DNA of 64,000 bases from Laetmonice hystrix. Lineage: Eukaryota. A model generated the notes under the pieces. It was given only the letters and a program-made list of their open reading frames with translations, did not search any database and was not told the origin of the DNA. Position 1 is the stretch's first letter, and the number at the start of each line of letters is the position of its first letter. The DNA lies in contig OZ249451.1 of assembly GCA_965235115.1 (NCBI GenBank), positions 1,798,001-1,862,000 on the forward strand. The letters are read 5' to 3'. The translations under genes and the position numbers were made by a program. This document shows, piece after piece, positions 23,968 through 64,000 of the stretch.

Positions 23968-24086
23968 AGGGGGCGAGGGGCAGAGGGCGAGGGGCAGGGG
24001 GCGAGGGGTGAGGCGGGGGGCAGGGGGAGAGGCAGGGGGAGAGGCAGGGGGCCAGGGGCAGGGGGCCAGGGGCAGGGGCAGGGGAA
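23968..24086 (+). repeat. G-rich low-complexity tract (G4-capable)
   Basis: More than 12 runs of G3-G6 separated by 1-5 nt (gaggggcagagggcgaggggcagggggc...). Confidence 0.8.
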
Positions 24087-25790
24087 ACCCTGGAGTGATA
24101 AGGTGAATTTCCTTGTAGCCCTCTCCCCAACCGGTGAAAGGTTTCCACACCCCTATAGGTGTGCAGGGAGGGGGGTCGACTGCCCCCTCCCCACCGCGCT
24201 TTGTTGTCGTTGCTGTTGTTGTTGGATCGCCATTAACACCATCATGTTCATCCCCCCCCCCCCCATTATAAATTATTTTATTTTATCACATTCATTGGCA
24301 GGTGAAGAGAATCAAGGGGACTAGGCCCCCTTTGGCGTCATATTTTGTTCGTGGATTTTTCTGAATGAATCATGTTGGACCCCTAAGACTTTTCAATATT
24401 GGAAACAATGTAAAAACAATGAAACACCATAATTTTATGTATAAAAGCTCATGTTTATTGCAACTCTCATTTTAAATACATCACATACAACTGACGTTAG
24501 GAGACATAGGTTATCTTGTACATTATAAGGAAAGTTAATTGATTCCCCCGATATATTTTATTATGGTTAGTCCAGCATTGACACAAAAGATGTGGAGATG
24601 CCACGTCATATCTCTAAAACTGCTTCATGTTTGTGCTAAAAGATTCAGACCCTCAGTGATGTCAGCGCCAAGAATTGCCGCGAATTAATCCAGAATCCAG
24701 TGTCACCAATCAGTAGAATGCATTAGTTTGTACACGGCCAAGTAGTATTATACACAGACAGCGGCGGGGGGGGGGACTATTTTCTTGGACCTTGCCAGAC
24801 GCTCAGCCCTAACGTTCTCCTGCCGAGTTGACAATAAACATTTTACACCAAGCACCGTGCTATCAGTGAGGTCGGTGACCATTTTGCCATGATTGTTTTA
24901 TTGGATTGCATCCATGCAACTCTATAAGGCGTAATGATATCTGGTTAATATAGGTTGGCAGATAGGAGTCGGGGGCAGTGTTGTATGCGTACCAATCATT
25001 TAATGCGTGACACGCAAACCACGGTCATCGGAAGGTGGGACGGTACCCGGATGTGCTCAGGGAGCCTAGTGAAGCCGCTCAAACTTCTTAGCGCTATTGA
25101 ATGATGTAGGCAAAAGCAAAACTTTGACTCATAAAAATATATATCTGAAAGACTTAAGGTATATGTCCTTGTTAGCATTCACTCATGCTCTCATATATTC
25201 TAACTATGAAGTGATTATGTATGAGACGCCAGGCTACTGATTCACACCCCCGTACTACCAGTCAATAAGTCTGACAAGAATAAAATGGTCATCAGTTATG
25301 TAAGTTAGCGGCTTTCTTTGCCATTTCTAGTCGACTGCGCATGTGCTGTACATTGAAACGTCACCGCGATTCTATCTCAATCGTCACTGGGGCTATAAAT
25401 AGCACCATGGTCACGTGACAGGGTAAACTTCCGGTAGGAGACAGATCCTACTGTAGCTTTCCCTGGTGTTTTGTATGAAACCAGCTTTTTGGTTGAGATA
25501 TTTCTTATTGCCTGCTAAATCGTTGTAAACGAACACAATGATGCTTTCATATCAATTTTTTAGGCATTTATGCATAGCTCTCGAAACTAGAGTCTCACCC
25601 GGTGGCTGTTTATCGTAGGTCCTAATTGTTGAAGCAGATATGACATGGATATAGGGTCTGCGAGTTGGGCATCCTAACTGTCCATGGTTTGTTGATTTTC
25701 AAATGTAAGTCATTTACACTGTAAGGCAGCTGACGTTAATAGTTTTTATGAGAACAGTTGAGGGTCTATTCACAGCCCGACTCCCCCCGA

Positions 25791-63948
<38,158 letters not shown>

Positions 63949-64000
63949 CTGTCATCATAAAACTGCCATTTCAGGTTCAAGTCATCATAATATTATACAA

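Noticed and set aside
21126-24902. Poly(A) signals (AATAAA at 21126-21131 on +; several on - at about 24454, 24557 and 24897)
   Set aside because: Several equally plausible hexamers in AT-rich DNA; the real sites cannot be chosen without 3'-end data.
19555-25178. Small intergenic ORFs (60-135 aa), including the Pro-rich 22545..22952
   Set aside because: Low complexity or derived from poly-C and local duplications, with no recognisable domain or splice context.

Overview
Eukaryotic (invertebrate, probably lophotrochozoan) genomic DNA holding the 3' parts of two convergently transcribed, giant, intron-rich collagen genes. Gene A (+ strand, <1..19345) has 28 exons in the window and encodes about 4,770 aa (about 1,520 Gly-X-Y triplets). 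Gene B (- strand, >63948..25791) has 58 exons and encodes about 7,360 aa (about 2,410 triplets, roughly 2.1 um of helix). Both are 5'-incomplete. Neither ends in a COLFI or NC1 domain. Each ends in a short neck, one hydrophobic transmembrane helix followed by basic residues, and a cytoplasmic tail sharing the motifs Y[RK]R[IL]KS, D[AS]ES, Y[DN]RSSVVD[IL] and NxGF. They therefore look like type I (C-terminally anchored) membrane collagens. I derived exon boundaries by hand. The two paralogues are collinear to the residue over at least 4,400 aa: 22 intron positions coincide, and two helix imperfections (a Gly-X-Gly deletion and a Gly->Ala substitution) sit at the same triplet in both genes, although the X/Y residues have largely diverged. 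This suggests partner chains of one giant heterotrimer. Size and the absence of Lys/Cys fit the giant annelid cuticle collagens (inference). Introns and the 6.4-kb intergenic gap contain minisatellites, MITEs and SINE fragments. Nearly all long non-Gly-X-Y ORFs in the six-frame track are shadow frames of the collagen repeats.
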